From: Utricularia gibba
Lineage: Eukaryota > Plantae > Magnoliophyta
DNA: 64,000 nt
Direction: 5' to 3'
Assembly (NCBI GenBank): GCA_002189035.1
Contig: CM007989.1
Location: 930,001 to 994,000, forward strand
Shown: piece after piece, positions 13,605-26,324 of the stretch
Numbering within the stretch: the first letter of the stretch is position 1
Layout: every line of letters begins with the position of its first letter
Made by a program: the position numbers and the translations under genes
The notes under the pieces: generated by a model
Told to the model about the DNA's origin: nothing
The model's input: the letters and a program-made list of their open reading frames with translations, nothing else
The model's database searches: none

Positions 13605-16153
13605 TCAGGCCTCCTCCTCCTCCTCCTCCTCCTCCTCCTCCTCCGCCTCCTGCATCTTCGTCGTCTCCGTACTCCGATACTGTTGAATGACCAGAACGGA
13701 AGCCGTCGTTTTGAACTCCGGCGAGACAAGCAAGCTGCCGAAACTGCCAAGTTCCGAGCACTCATTTCTGATGTTGAGTGCACCCTCTAGTTCGCCCTCC
13801 GGCGTCCTTCCGACCAGGAAAAGATTGCAATGACTGTAGTGGCCTATCGCATCGGCAATCGCCGAGTCAGTATCCACTTTTATCTCCTCATAATGGATGG
13901 AATCGTTCTCCAGCACTTGTTGCTGGAACCCTTGAAGAAATTCTTCATCTAAGATCGCTTTCACCGATTCATCGTCGATGTCTAGCTTTACCTGTTCCCT
14001 AAGGGCGAAAGAGGGGTCACGGATGAAACGAACAACATTGAGTCGAATGCCGGCGTGCTCCGCCATCAGACCCCGTAGCTTAGCGCCTCCTGATCATCGC
14101 GGCCGCCGAAGAATAAACTGGTCACCATGAAATTCACGTTTCTAGAGGATACTTGGGCCATCCCACCTAAGCCTCTGTCAACCAGAATCCCAACTGAACA
14201 TGGAGCATGCTTCAGAACCTGCTTGTTTACATACCTCCGGTCCTCTCTCGTCGTCTCCAAGCATCCATCGAAGCGCAGGTGTTTGTGGAACGGAAGAATG
14301 ATCAAGTTGGTGTGCTTTCTAGCAGCAGTTGAGCAAATGTCTTCATGCATGTTGCTGATGCCCGATATGATGGTAGCTGGGCGGATCGACACCTGGCTAA
14401 GGTGCTGGAAAGCCTCGAAAGCAACTACTATCTGGCTCGAATCTGCACTGTAACCCAAGCCCTTACTCGAAAACGGAAGACCATTCTTTCGAACCTTATG
14501 GACCATCAGGATCGCCGATGGTCGCTCCGAGAGTTCCATCAGATGCATAGCGTAGACGCGCAGGCTGCCGGACTTACCCTTCCCACGAGACGCCTCGATG
14601 AGGTTGATGAGAGATGGATGCTTGGCATGCCATGGTAGCAAGCCATTATCCTCGGCTGAGCGGTGATGCTCCTGTGTTGGATCGTCCTGTGCTTGTACTC
14701 TCCGGCCTTCTTCCTCGTTTCCGATGGCTTGGAGGACCAGATCACCAGTGGAGTTGTGATGAGTGTTGTGAAGAGTGCCATGAGTACCATGATAGCAAAC
14801 GTTTGGTCGTTCAAAACCTGTATGTAAATGCTTGTGGATCAGTAGATTGTTTGGTGTTAGGGGTTGTGAGGGAGTGGTTGCTTGCTTACTCCTCGTTCCC
14901 GGCCGATGTTGAGGACGATGAGCTCGACTAGACCCTTGGTGTTCATCAGGAAACCGAGGGTCATCGCCTGCCGCCGGGGGATCCGGCAGGCGAGCGCCAC
15001 CAGGAAGGTGCCCAAGATCTTGCCGACGCAGGCTGTAAGAATGACCAAAACAAGAAGCCCCCAGGAGCGGGCTCCATGGATGGAGGCCACATTCGTGTGC
15101 AGTCCACTGGACACGAAATACAGAGGGAGGAAAAGGCCGGAAACCAGGTCTTCCACTTTCTCCACCAAGGCGTCCGCGAGACTGCCTTCTTTGGGGACAA
15201 GGACGCCGACCACAAATGCGCCGAACAAGGCGTGGATCCCGATAGTATCCGTCGCGAATGCGGCGGCTAGGACCATCGTCAACGTTGCACAAACGAACAT
15301 CTCATTCACCGGCTCACCCTTGGGACACTGCCGTGCGATCCATCGGAAAATCTTGGGGCATACGAATATGCAAAGCAACAAGAAACCGGACCCACATAGT
15401 AGGACCCATAGTGCTATAACCGGAGACTGCCCTGTCCCGGACAAGGCTACAGCCAGAGCAAGAAGAATCCATGCTACGACGTCGTTTACGGCTGCCGCCG
15501 ACATCGCCGTCCGACCCAACTCCGTGGTTAGGAGCTTAAGCTCCGCCAAGATGCGAGCTAGAACAGGGAAGGCGGTGATGGAAAGGGCAACGCCCATGAA
15601 CACCAACAGCGGAGCCTCGTCCACACCTTTCGAAATGGTGGACTTCAGGACGAAGGAAGTCCCCACTCCTAGCGCGAAGGGCAAGCTGATTCCTCCAATG
15701 GCGATGCTCAAGGCCTTCTTGCTTGTCTGCTTCAGGGCTTTGGGATCGAGCTCCACCCCGACTAGGAAAAGGAAGAACAGGAGGCCAAAGTTGGCTACTG
15801 TGTTCAACACCGTGAGACTTGTCGCAGGGAAGAGAGTATTGAGAAACTTCGAATTCCGGCCCAAGGCGGACGGACCCAGAAGAATCCCCCCCTGCAAAAC
15901 CAGACCGGTCGGACATCTAGATCAAATCAAATACCCCATTGCCATTCAACTAACTTACTATGATCTCCGCTACGACTCGTGGCTGCCGGAGAGGGCGTAG
16001 CACGACGGCAAGCAACCGAGTCAAGGTGACGACGACGCAAATCTGGAGGATAAGCAGTGGGAGTGCGAAATGAAGAGGATCGCTCCCTTGGAAAACACCA
16101 TTCGATGTCGCCGTCATTGGGGGTTGACAGCTGATACTTCCGTCTGAACTCAT
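13605..16153 (-). CDS. CHX: Cation/H+ exchanger, CHX17/18/19-type; two apparent 1-nt frameshifts as given
   Basis: [36 protein letters not shown] | [71 protein letters not shown]. The frame changes at 14616-14617 and 14071-14074. Confidence 0.9.
13609..13643. repeat. (GAG)n coding microsatellite giving a poly-Glu tail on CHX
   Basis: CCTCCTCCT... run on the + strand; translates [10 protein letters not shown] just before the CHX stop. Confidence 0.9.
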
Positions 16154-16253
16154 TCCGGTGGCGGTGGGAACAGCCGTCTGCAACTTGCAAGGTACCACGA
16201 AATAACACTTCCTTCTGGGCTGTCCGTCTTCTTACAGCTCAACTTCGCCAAGT

Positions 16254-16353
16254 GACACGTAATTTATAACTGTCCGCCTGGACACGTAGGTCAAACTCCT
16301 CCTCATCAATTTTAACAATTAAAAAAAATAAATAAATGGGCATCACACGTGGC
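16254..16353 (-). promoter_or_regulatory. CHX core promoter: TATA box plus three ABRE-type elements
   Basis: TATAAA at 16263-16268 (minus); ACGTGTC at 16254-16260 and 16281-16287 (minus); CACGTGGC at 16346-16353. Confidence 0.5.
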
Positions 16354-18431
16354 TTCCCGTGAAACGAGTCACGAGTCTATGAATTCTAAATTTCAAGACT
16401 TAAATTATTTCATTTAGCAATTTAATCTTGAGAAATAGGATAACCCAATTAAGTCTAGTTGCGTATCGGACACGGCAACATCAAATACCCATATAATTAT
16501 AATTAAAGATGTGTCTGAAGCTCTTTTGTTGGAGTAGTATTTTGCTTTTCTCCAAATTGAACTAAAAATAAAAGAAAGGGATGACTTAGTTTGTTTTTAT
16601 TTAAAATAATTAAACATTAATTTAATAATATTATATTTAAGTATGCCAACTATACGCATAATTATATTTGAAATTCGGTTTAATAGATATTTATTATAAA
16701 TATATGTCTGAACTGTTACCATGTAATATAGACATGTTTTAAAAAAATATTTGATTGATTAACATGGTGTTATATACATATTATACAAATTAAATATGTA
16801 TTAAAGAACGCGTTTATCAAACATACGTATTTTTCAATATATAAAGATGTAAAAAAACCTATTAATAATTTATTTATGAGCCATGCATGAGTTCATTTTG
16901 ATGATTTATTTTTAATATATATATATAAATCCAAATTGCGAGAGTTAATTTTATCATTAGCAAAAATTATAGGAATTATTTTTTTCGTCTAAGGACCCAA
17001 TATAGTTTACCCACGAAGTGTCCATGGTATGCCAATAATTTCAATTGGCTAATTCTTTTTTAATTGAATAATAGGCAATTAATCTAGTCGAGCATTAAGT
17101 GCCTTAATGTAGGATGCCCCTATTGGGGCTATGGTAGTTACCATGTCACATGTGCATGGATGCCTAGTCCCATGTCACGTATGCGTCTACAGTGCACTCA
17201 TATATGCCCACGCACATACTATACCTACATATAATATCAACTTAGCATCTACACAGTATATATAGATATGGAAAATGTCACCAATTGTCAAATTATGGAG
17301 TATATTTTTTTTTTTACAATATATAATAATGTTATTATTTTAAGATATATGTAGATATGCCCAAAATCAAAATTACAATATAGGTATTAAAAAGGTAGTT
17401 AAAAATGAGCGATATAAATAAATATTTTTTTCGAAACGCTGGCATTCATAGGCTATGCGCGGGGAACATCTCCCCTTTTTGTAAGGCAAACACACAAATG
17501 ATTATTTTAATTATGAATTATTGGGAGCATTAAAAAAGGTTGACGTGGCATGCTCCTAACGCAACAATGTTGAAACAAAGTATATATCATGCATGACATG
17601 TCATGTATGCAGGCGTCCATGATGATGAGGACGCATATAACCCAAGACACACATATGCAGTGCGACACTCGGACACTTCCCGAAGCATACAAGGGCGGGC
17701 ACCATGGTTTAGGACAAGAGAGTTTCACGTTTTTCATGTTAGCAAGCTTTTAATAAGGCAGAGCCACCCACCTATGTCACATTATTCACTGTAAAAAGGC
17801 CTCGCTCGTGTCCCATTACCTCCCCTTTCTTGGTTTTCTTTTCTTCCTGGTTTGGTTGTGAGGTGACTCCGAGGGCAGGAGACATGTGTCTAGACATTCG
17901 GGATGCCAATACAACATCCGAGTGTTGGTCTTAAAAAAGAGTAAACATAACAAGAGATGAAAGAAAGGGATGTCCAGGTGAGGGCTGGAGATGGTGCCTT
18001 TGGTCCCCAAGTGTAGCATGGAAATGAATGTGTCCAAGTGTTTTAAAAATGATTAGGGTGCGGCGGTAGACTTGATGGGGAAGGCTTTGCAAGGGACAAG
18101 AGGATTCATGTAAAGCCAAGTACATGTCCCACTTAAAAACAATTGAAAGAAGAGTGAGCATGCATTAATTGCATTCGGTCATATAGAGTGCGGGACGAGT
18201 GTAATCCGATCCAGTGTTGTTTCTCTTGCCACAGGGAGATGGAAGTCACATGAACAGTAGGGTGAAAACAACACAAGGAACAACAGATACATCGTAGAGA
18301 ATGATCGATCATGTGATTTGAAGGCCTATTTGGAATTCAGTGGTGTGCCAATGAGAAGAGTAGCATGTTTTTGGATGACAACTGAGTACATGAATAAAAG
18401 GCACAGTATCTTTAAACCTGAGACTTGGAAA

Positions 18432-20197
18432 TCAAACAATACGCTCCAGCTCCCTTGCGTAGCTCAGCGTCTGGTTGATAAGCTGCAGTGATGGGATCTC
18501 TTTGCAGGGTATTGATTCTTTGGCTCTCAGGAAAAACACAACCCTGGCCTTGATCTCCCACCCTGGGCGCTCCTGCAAAGAGAAAAGGAAAATTAGGTGC
18601 CATGCGACTTAGCAATGAGTGCTGAGCCGATGGAGCTGGAGTAACGTTAGTTACCTCCCTGATGTATTCTTCAAGCTCCTTCTCTGAGGAAAACATGAGC
18701 ATCTGCTGAGCATCTTTAACTGAAAGTGAATCATAAGCTTTCTCACTGCATCCAGCTATTTCATCTCTGAGAGACACCCCAATATAATGAATTCATCATG
18801 AGTAAATATGCCATCTGGGGATGAAATTATACGATGTAGCATATGCATTGCAAACTCAAACCACACAGTAAAAATAAAGACAAGCAACTACAACTAAATT
18901 CAGTCTCCAGATGCTATGCCATTGGTTAACGCAACAACAACCTTGAAAATTGTATATACAAAATCTTGAAGTAAGGAGACTTTACCGCACAGTTTTAGCC
19001 AGCAAGTCCATGAAATACGAATAAGTTTCATGAGGTACAGTCTGTCTGGCACTCAGAACACGATTATAGGCTCCTTCCATGAAGGATTGCTCCAGTTCAA
19101 CAGCATGCTTGATACACGGATTCTTAAAAGCATCGGAAGGGAGTAACTCCAACTCAGTATGAAACTCAGCAATTCTATTTTGCACAAGCAGCCTCAGAAG
19201 GTTAAGTCCCAGGATGGGATTCATTTGGGAAGAAGGTTCAATACGGTCGCTGCTCAAAAAAATATAACCAAAAGCAAAGCCTTCAGCATAAACATATACA
19301 TTGACAGGTACATCTATCCACAATGACACAAACATGAATGGCTGTTTTTGAATAAAACAATATCCAAATAGCATCAGCATCACGTAATGGAAATCAAGGA
19401 TAAGATAGAAACAAAAGGAAACACATGCAGAGAAGAATGACATACTTTTCCGGAAAAAACAGGTAGACGCCTGAACAAATGCTAGAATAGATGATTACCG
19501 AACATCAGTGTAGTAAGGTTTCAGTTGGGAGAAGTCTCTTTCAAAGCTCTCTTGGTCCTCAGTCTTGACACTCAAAAAAACAGCATACTCGTAGATGTTC
19601 CCTTGATTTAAAAAAAAATAAAATTCAGCACACACAAGAACACAGAAGCTGAGTGCATATGCCATTATAAAAGTTGGACTCAGGATTACTGGCTAGAGTC
19701 AATTCATGGATGGCATTTGGAGTTTCCTCAAGCAATGGAGGAAGGCTCTTGAACGCAGTTAATGAAACCTGTCATATACATTGTGAGAAGGAGGAACCCG
19801 CATCAAATAACCAGTAACAGCAACAATAAAGAACCACACTTTCACAAAAATATGGAATAAAAACATAATGCCACGATTTCAATCTAGGGTTTGAGTAGCG
19901 CTTTTGTCCTAGTCCCAAAAGCCTAAAATTCTTTACAAAAGAAAATGCCTTTTTTTACACCGCTACTCATCTCTGGAGTTCCTAGTGAAATTTATTCAAA
20001 TCAACACGAAAGCCCAAGATCCAAGGATCTCAATTTCGATTAGGAAACGAAGTAAAACGAGAAAAGACGAATGCACTGAAAAACTAGCAGACCTTGAGCT
20101 GTGATAGAAGCCTTCTGCAAGTATCAAAATCCTTTCTCGAGAATGCGGCCTTGAATCGATCGAAAACTTGTGAAGCCTCCATGAATTTAGCATCCAT
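18432..20197 (-). CDS. RPN12: 26S proteasome lid subunit RPN12 (PSMD8), 6 exons
   Basis: MDAKFMEASQVFDRFKAAF, FERDFSQLKPYYTD, ILGLNLLRLLVQNRIAEFHTELELL, ELEQSFMEGAYNRVL, TVRDEIAGCSEKAY, QTLSYARELERIV*. Confidence 0.95.
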
Positions 20198-20315
20198 CTT
20201 CCCACGAATTCCACGACGCGGCGTTTTCTTTTGCGACAAGCGATGAACAGAACATTTGGGCGGAAGCAATGCCGGTTACTTAATGTAAACGGTGAAGTGA
20301 TTTTAGTTTCAATAG

Positions 20316-20352
20316 GCCAGGCCCAAACTCAAAACGGTATCTTGGGCCCAAT
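20316..20352. promoter_or_regulatory. Site II elements in the divergent RPN12 / CYBDOM promoter
   Basis: AGGCCCA and TTGGGCCCAA about 120-150 bp upstream of the RPN12 ATG. Confidence 0.5.
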
Positions 20353-20523
20353 ACAAAGAAGCAAGGATGCTGAGGAACTTGTTATGTATTTTGAATTTAT
20401 GATTTAAATTATTTATAATAAAATCAATTTTGATATTATATGAATATAATAAATTTGATATTATAAGATTCGTTTTATAAAATATTATAAAAATTAATAA
20501 ATAAATTATATATTATAAAATTT

Positions 20524-22365
20524 ATTTTGGTATCAAAAAGGATATATTTCCATAATTAGTTCGTAAATTAAAACAATATTTATTTTATTTTTTTAATATC
20601 ATCTTATCTTACCTGCTGCAATTAATGATCGTATCTTATCTAATCCAAAGTAACTTTCCCGCCACTTTGAGCCTATTTTCCGTTCAATATCACTTTTCCC
20701 GCCCGCATCGTCCGTACAACACAGAAACGTATATATACCCCCTCTCTTTGGGTCGTAGTCCTCATTCGTCATCTTCCTGGTTTTGCACGCGACTCACAAA
20801 TCCATGGCTTCTCGAGCTCTCGCTTCCGTCATTTGTCTACTGGGATTGGTGACGTTGTCGGCCGTGGAGGCTACGGCGACGTGTTCGTCGCAGAAATTCG
20901 CCGGCAACATGAAGAAGTACTCTTTCTGCAACGATCTCCCGGTTCTCGGTTCCACCATTCACTGGTCCTACCGTCCCAACGAGGCCCTCCTCTCTCTCGC
21001 CTTCTCCGCACGTCAACCGAGGCCGGAGGGCTGGGTTTCGTGGGCTATCAACCCCTCTGGCGGCGGCATGGCCGGCGCGCAGGCCCTGCTTTCTTACGGC
21101 GACGCCGATGGGAAGATGAGCGTCAAGACGTATAATATTACTGGGTACGCTCCTCCCGTGACGGAGTCTGCGGTGTGGTACCGCGTGGAGGAGGCGTCGG
21201 CCGAGTACTCCGATGGGTTCATGAGGATCTTCGCCACCCTGGTTCTCCCCGAGAAAGGATTAACCGCCATCAACCATGTGTGGCAAGTCGGGCCCTCCGT
21301 CACCGATGGGAAACCAAACGCGCATGAATTCAAGCCGGAGAATCTCAAGGCTCGCGGCAAACTTGATCTATTGAAGGGGCAACTCATCCACCAAACCACC
21401 AACTTGGATTCAATAGCCAGAATGAAGAACGTAAGCGATCCATTTCTGCAACAGTTTTATAAGATCAATCACTCCTATGAACATAACGCTTCTTTTACAG
21501 ATTCATGGCGTTCTGAACGTGGTAAGCTGGGGGGTCATGTTCCCCCTCGGAGTCGTCATGGCCAGATACGTGAAGGCGTTCCCCGGAGCCGACCCCGCTT
21601 GGTTTTACCTGCACGTGTCCTGTCAGACCGCCGCGTACATCATCGGCGTAGCCGGTTGGGGCACCGGAATGAAGCTCAGCTCTCGATCAAAGGGAGTCAC
21701 ACATTCACTCCATCGGAATCTTGGAGTCGCCCTCTTCTCCTTAGCCACGCTGCAGGTACTCTCATCCTCCTCCCTCCTGGTTGCTTCATTCAGGATGACA
21801 CTGTGTTTGGCCTGCAGATGTTTGCGATGTTCTTGAGGCCGAAGAAGGACAACAAATACCGCATCTACTGGGACATCTACCACCGCAGCGTCGGGTACTC
21901 GGTCATCGTCATGGGAATACTCAATGTTTTCAAGGGGTTCGAGATCCTGAAACCCGATCGCCACTGGAGAATTGCGTATATCGGAGTGATCAGCTCGCTC
22001 GGCGGCGTGGCGGTTGTGTTGGAGATCATCACCTGGATTCTCTACCTACGAAAAAGCAAGAACAGCACCGGCACCGATCCATCGAATTGTTAAGAGTTGC
22101 AGAGCATGACAGGATGATGCTGGGCACCCTTCCCTGAGAACCGTTATTTATCAATCTTTGTTCGAATTTCAGACATTTCTTGCAGCTTTTTATCATTATC
22201 ATTGGAGTGTGAAAAATAAAAGGAGAAAAACTGCTTCTCCACAAATATTTCTGTTCATGACATGACAAATATTTGACACTCAGTTGGAAAAAGAATACAC
22301 TTTTCAGCATTTACAACAATCTGAATCTGAGTATCATGGAGATAGAGCGAGCTCTGCCCACGCAA
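20524..22365 (+). repeat. Source copy of a 1.8 kb inverted segmental duplication
   Basis: Aligns by eye to the reverse complement of 37549-39369, from ATTTTGGTA(T/A)CAAAAAGGATATATTTCC to GCTCTGCCCA(C/T)GCAA, with scattered substitutions and small indels. Confidence 0.95.
20804..22093 (+). CDS. Cytochrome b561 and DOMON domain protein (CYBDOM), copy 1, 3 exons
   Basis: Signal peptide; DOMON motifs [33 protein letters not shown]; b561 His ligands IHGVLN, FYLHVS, SLHRNLG, IYHRSVG. Introns at 21431-21500 and 21756-21817. Confidence 0.93.
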   Translation: MASRALASVICLLGLVTLSAVEATATCSSQKFAGNMKKYSFCNDLPVLGSTIHWSYRPNEALLSLAFSARQPRPEGWVSWAINPSGGGMAGAQALLSYGDADGKMSVKTYNITGYAPPVTESAVWYRVEEASAEYSDGFMRIFATLVLPEKGLTAINHVWQVGPSVTDGKPNAHEFKPENLKARGKLDLLKGQLIHQTTNLDSIARMKNVSDPFLQQFYKINHSYEHNASFTDSWRSERGKLGGHVPPRSRHGQIREGVPRSRPRLVLPARVLSDRRVHHRRSRLGHRNEAQLSIKGSHTFTPSESWSRPLLLSHAAGTLILLPPGCFIQDDTVFGLQMFAMFLRPKKDNKYRIYWDIYHRSVGYSVIVMGILNVFKGFEILKPDRHWRIAYIGVISSLGGVAVVLEIITWILYLRKSKNSTGTDPSNC

Positions 22366-25300
22366 GCGAGCAAGATGCCCTGATTTCAGCCGTCACCGAT
22401 GTATCGATCCCGTTTTCCAGCATCGAGCACAGCTCCATCATGGCTGCTGGCTCGTTGTTACCGGGGCCAATGCATTTCCTCACGACTTCGCAGATCACCT
22501 TAAGGTCTTCGTGCTTGAAGTGTTTCAGCTCTCGGTCCACAATGGCTTCAGGTGACTCCAACAATTCCTTTGCCTGTATGCAACGCACGTTATGTTGATA
22601 AATCGTCGGAAGACGATCGGAATTGCTGTTGTTAGTGGTGTTAGGGATCGTACCCAGTCGACCAGGCAGCCCGTATCTTCGGAGTACGGAGGCCTTCCGC
22701 TGATGATCTCAAGCAACAGAATCCCGAAAGCATAAACATTTCCCTGGGTATCATGGTGGCGCCCTTCTAAGGAGCTTGCAAGTATGCAGACTGCTCCTTC
22801 ATTGCTTATGGCGTCTGAGCTTGTTTTCGATCTGGAGATTATGGTTTTCCAGCAGTCAAATTCTATGAGCTGCGAGCAGGAAAGGAGACTCTGAGACAAA
22901 GAAGAACAGAAGCAAGGAAACCAACTCATTCAATTGGCTGTTACTCCACCTTGGGAGAGAAATCATCAGTCAGATAAATGGAGCTGGAGTTGAGCTCAGA
23001 TATTGAAAATGGTGGATCAAGTCCTGTATGCAGATACTTCAAGCCACGAGCAATCCCCAAAATAATCTTCATCCGTCGCATCCAAGACAACTCGCATGCT
23101 TCCCCGTCTGCATTCAGAAAGCTTAAGTGACAGTTCGGAGAAAAGGCATACAAGAAGAAGAAGAAGAAGAAATGCAGACAGTGCAGATGCTCATAGAGAG
23201 TCCCATTTGAGGCATATTCAAACACCAGCATTCTGGTAAAAGGGCTTCTCTCCCTGCAATAGCCAAGCAGTTTTCCAACATTCTCGTGATCTAATCTCGC
23301 AAGATCTACCACCTGAATCCAGACATCAGTGTTATGATCACCCTCTTCCTAGAATGCAGGTCAAATTGCAGCTGAAAAGAAAGGGAAAGGAAACCTCTTT
23401 CTGGAAATAGAGCTCGAGATAGCCAGACCAGCTCTCTTCTTTCATGCATACAGAAACTGCTGCAATTTCAGGCCCTCCCTTGAACGTGCCTTTGTATACC
23501 ATGCTATCCGGGAACGAACCGATTATGTTACTGAAATCTTCACAGGCAGCCTCAAGGTCTTGCCTACTGTATCTACTCACATTCTTCAGCAATTCAGGAT
23601 CTGCACAACACATCCCTTGTTACATAAGCTTGACAATTTTACAGTTGCAGTAACAGGAGACCCTCACCTATGTAATTCATCATGAAGTCCTCCGTGCTTG
23701 ATGAAGACTTCCTCCAAGGGATAATGATGGAGGGCTTTCTCCTCCACTTCTGAACAGTAAGTAAGACAATAACAATGATGAGCATGGTGATCAGTACTCC
23801 GGTCACGAATTCGAGAGCGAAGTGCCACTTTGGTTTTGGTGAGGTGGGTGCATGCTTTGCTTCCGGCTTGGGCTTTGTGTGATCTCCTTGTCCATGGGAA
23901 GCAATGCCTGTAACAAATTTTCAACTTCCAACAGGATTTCAAGAGTAAAGTGGGAGCTTGCTACTGCTTTAAATTTTTCTATAGTTTCAGATAGCATCAC
24001 CATCAAAAGAATCAACATAGTTACTAACATGATGACAGCATTGAGTTCAGTCACTCACCATCAAAAGAATCAACATAGTTACTAACATGATGACAGCATT
24101 GAGTTCAGTCACTAACCACATTGCTCCTCGGAGCGCTGCTTCACGCCCCTGACTTGAAGACAATTCCCACGAAAGTATGATCTATGTCCAATAAAAGAAC
24201 TCAAAAGTCAGATGAAGAGAATAGCAAACAGGTGGAAGAAAACACAGTCAATGAACTAGTTGATCATTATGATATACCTAGCAATGTAATCCAAGCACTT
24301 TGGCACAGTTCCAACAAAAAAGTTGTAAGAAAAGTCTGCACGTTTTAGTTTTGGAAGTCGACAAAGGCCCCTCAGGCTGCTATCTGAAGAATGCCTAACA
24401 CAATGACACTAATAGGAAATGAGAACGAAGTTGATGGATGCTAAACAATATAATTTAGTACAAGTTATCGTAGAAGCAGCAGCCAGCTGAAACAAAAAAA
24501 AAAAAAAAAAGAATCTTGTATGCAGAAATGAAAAAAAGATGCTCACTTACATCACACTTCCACGCCTGTAAGACGTATAATTAGAATCACTACCAGCAAG
24601 CAAGGTTCCATGAAGTTTGTTCCTATCTACTTGGAGCTCTTGCAGATATTTTAGGTTGCCGAATTCAGGGGGTAGCTTCCCCGTAAGTCCATTGGACTCA
24701 AGATTTCTTCAAAATAACACAAGAAAATACGTCAAAATGAAGTATGATGTCCAAGTAAATCTTACTCCTGTATGCTCATTTTCATGCTAACATTTTCAAG
24801 ATGCTGCTTAAGTTTCCGATCTCAGGTGGAATCATTCCCACCAGCTGGTTTGAACTCAAATCCAACACCTTGAGCTGTTGTAACATACCAATATTGCTGG
24901 GTATGGATCCAATCAAGGAATTTCCATGCAAGACTCTACTCATCACCCAAAGAAACAATCAGCAAAAGCTCTTGGAAAAGGCTACTTCTTTACATGCCAA
25001 TGAGAGGGGAAAGCGTACAGTTCCTGTAAAGCTGAAAGTTGGCTCAACTCTGGTGCAACAAATCCCTTCAAATTCATCCCTGAAATATTGCTGCAAACAG
25101 GGCATCAAGCTTTTGACCGACATCATAATAAAATTATGATACAAACAACGAAGTCTTACAGCTTAATGATGTTATTTCCAGGCGTGGAACATAAAACACC
25201 AAACCAACCACAAGCATTCTCATCCAGAGGGTTCCAATTTGATAGGACATGAGAAGGGTCATCAGAGATGGCTCTCTTGAATGCAGACAAAGCTTCAACT

Positions 25301-25453
25301 GTCAAAATCCATCCAGCACTCAGAAAACGCAAATGCAGTTCAGTTTATCAGTAGCAAGAACTAAAACTTGCCTTCATTTCTAGGAAGTGTAGTGCAATCC
25401 ACAAGGGCAAGTGCTAGGGTGACAACAAAAACCAAGAAAATTCTCCGATTCAT
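22334..25453 (-). CDS. LRR receptor-like kinase, LRR-VI / At1g63430-MDIS type, probable pseudokinase
   Basis: Signal peptide MNRRIFLVFVVTLALALV, LRRNT (LSNWNPLDENACGWFGVLC), short LRRs and one TM. Kinase region LEAACEDFSNIIGS, DLARLDHEN, LVFEYASNGTLYEHLH, C-terminal LAWAELALSP*. It lacks the VAIK Lys, HRD and DFG (reads ELNSSSIY, IEFD). Confidence 0.9.
23997..24112. repeat. Perfect 58-bp tandem duplication at the 5' end of an RLK intron
   Basis: CACCATCAAAAGAATCAACATAGTTACTAACATGATGACAGCATTGAGTTCAGTCACT starts at both 23998 and 24056. Confidence 0.95.
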
Positions 25454-26324
25454 ATGAACAATTTGATACAAACGAGATCAAGGAGAGCGAAAGAGACGGT
25501 GGAGAAAATACACGCAAGCCCAGCGAGCATACAACCAAATCTGAACAAACATTCCCAAACCAGACACCAAGATTCAGTTTTGAACTCGTAACCGCGACTA
25601 AAAAATGGAATGAAACAAGAATCAATAGGCGAAACAACAACAGTTGAAAGGAAAAGCAGCCAGCCGCTGACCCAGAAAAAAGAACCAAGACTTAGACTCT
25701 ACGGGAGGTTTGGTGCCGGAAAAACCGAAAGACAACAAAAATACGGTACCAGCTAATCGCCCAAAATAATGGTACAGAGATTTGCAGTTACTCCATCACC
25801 AACCCAACCGCGGTAGGAATAGATTTCAGGAATGTTTTCATTTGTTGCTCTAGTATTACTAGTAAATGCCTCTTGAATACGCAACTACACGCGGTTACGT
25901 CTTTGAATTCCCAGGTTTCCACCCTTGCATTGCGCTCCTTTTGGACAGGATATCGTTTATTCTTACCACGCTTCCAGTAAATGTCCTAACGCAAAAAGCT
26001 TTATCCTTCCTCCATTTTTCTTTTAACAGACTGGAGTCCGTTGGGCGGGTGACTGCTGAGCTGTACATTATAAACTCATGCTGTATTTTCTTACAAACGA
26101 AAATAAATAAAATAAAAAATTAAGAAACGAGCTTGGGCTTTTAATTTCGGGCTGTTGGTGTTCAAACCCGTTTGATGATTAAAAGCCTATACGTTGGGCC
26201 CATAAATAGCCATTCATATTTGCGTGGTTTCAAAAAAACACTTCCCACCATTAGTAACCGCTCTCCTTTCCTCAGGTTGTTGTTCATCTCGCACGCCGCA
26301 GTTAGTTTCGATCGGATATCGTGA

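Noticed and set aside
14882-16000. 372-aa ORF antisense to CHX
   Set aside because: Shadow frame expected from GC3-rich codons; no recognisable domain. The same applies to 46034-46702, 54161-54760, 44092-44517 and 43314-43760.
16386-16440. Imperfect AT-rich inverted repeat suggesting a MITE
   Set aside because: Short, mismatched arms, no target-site duplication and no second copy in the window.
18143-18161. miR156-like stretch TGAAAGAAGAGTGAGCAT downstream of RPN12
   Set aside because: It has a 2-nt gap and mismatches relative to miR156 and no complementary star arm; likely chance.
17480-18300. Possible solo LTR or ncRNA between CHX and RPN12
   Set aside because: CATG-rich and moderately GC, but no defined termini, TSD, hairpin or snoRNA boxes could be supported.
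22334-23620. Missing catalytic motifs in the RLK as a sign of pseudogenisation
   Set aside because: All exons splice in frame, and degenerate kinase motifs are typical of this LRR-VI subfamily.
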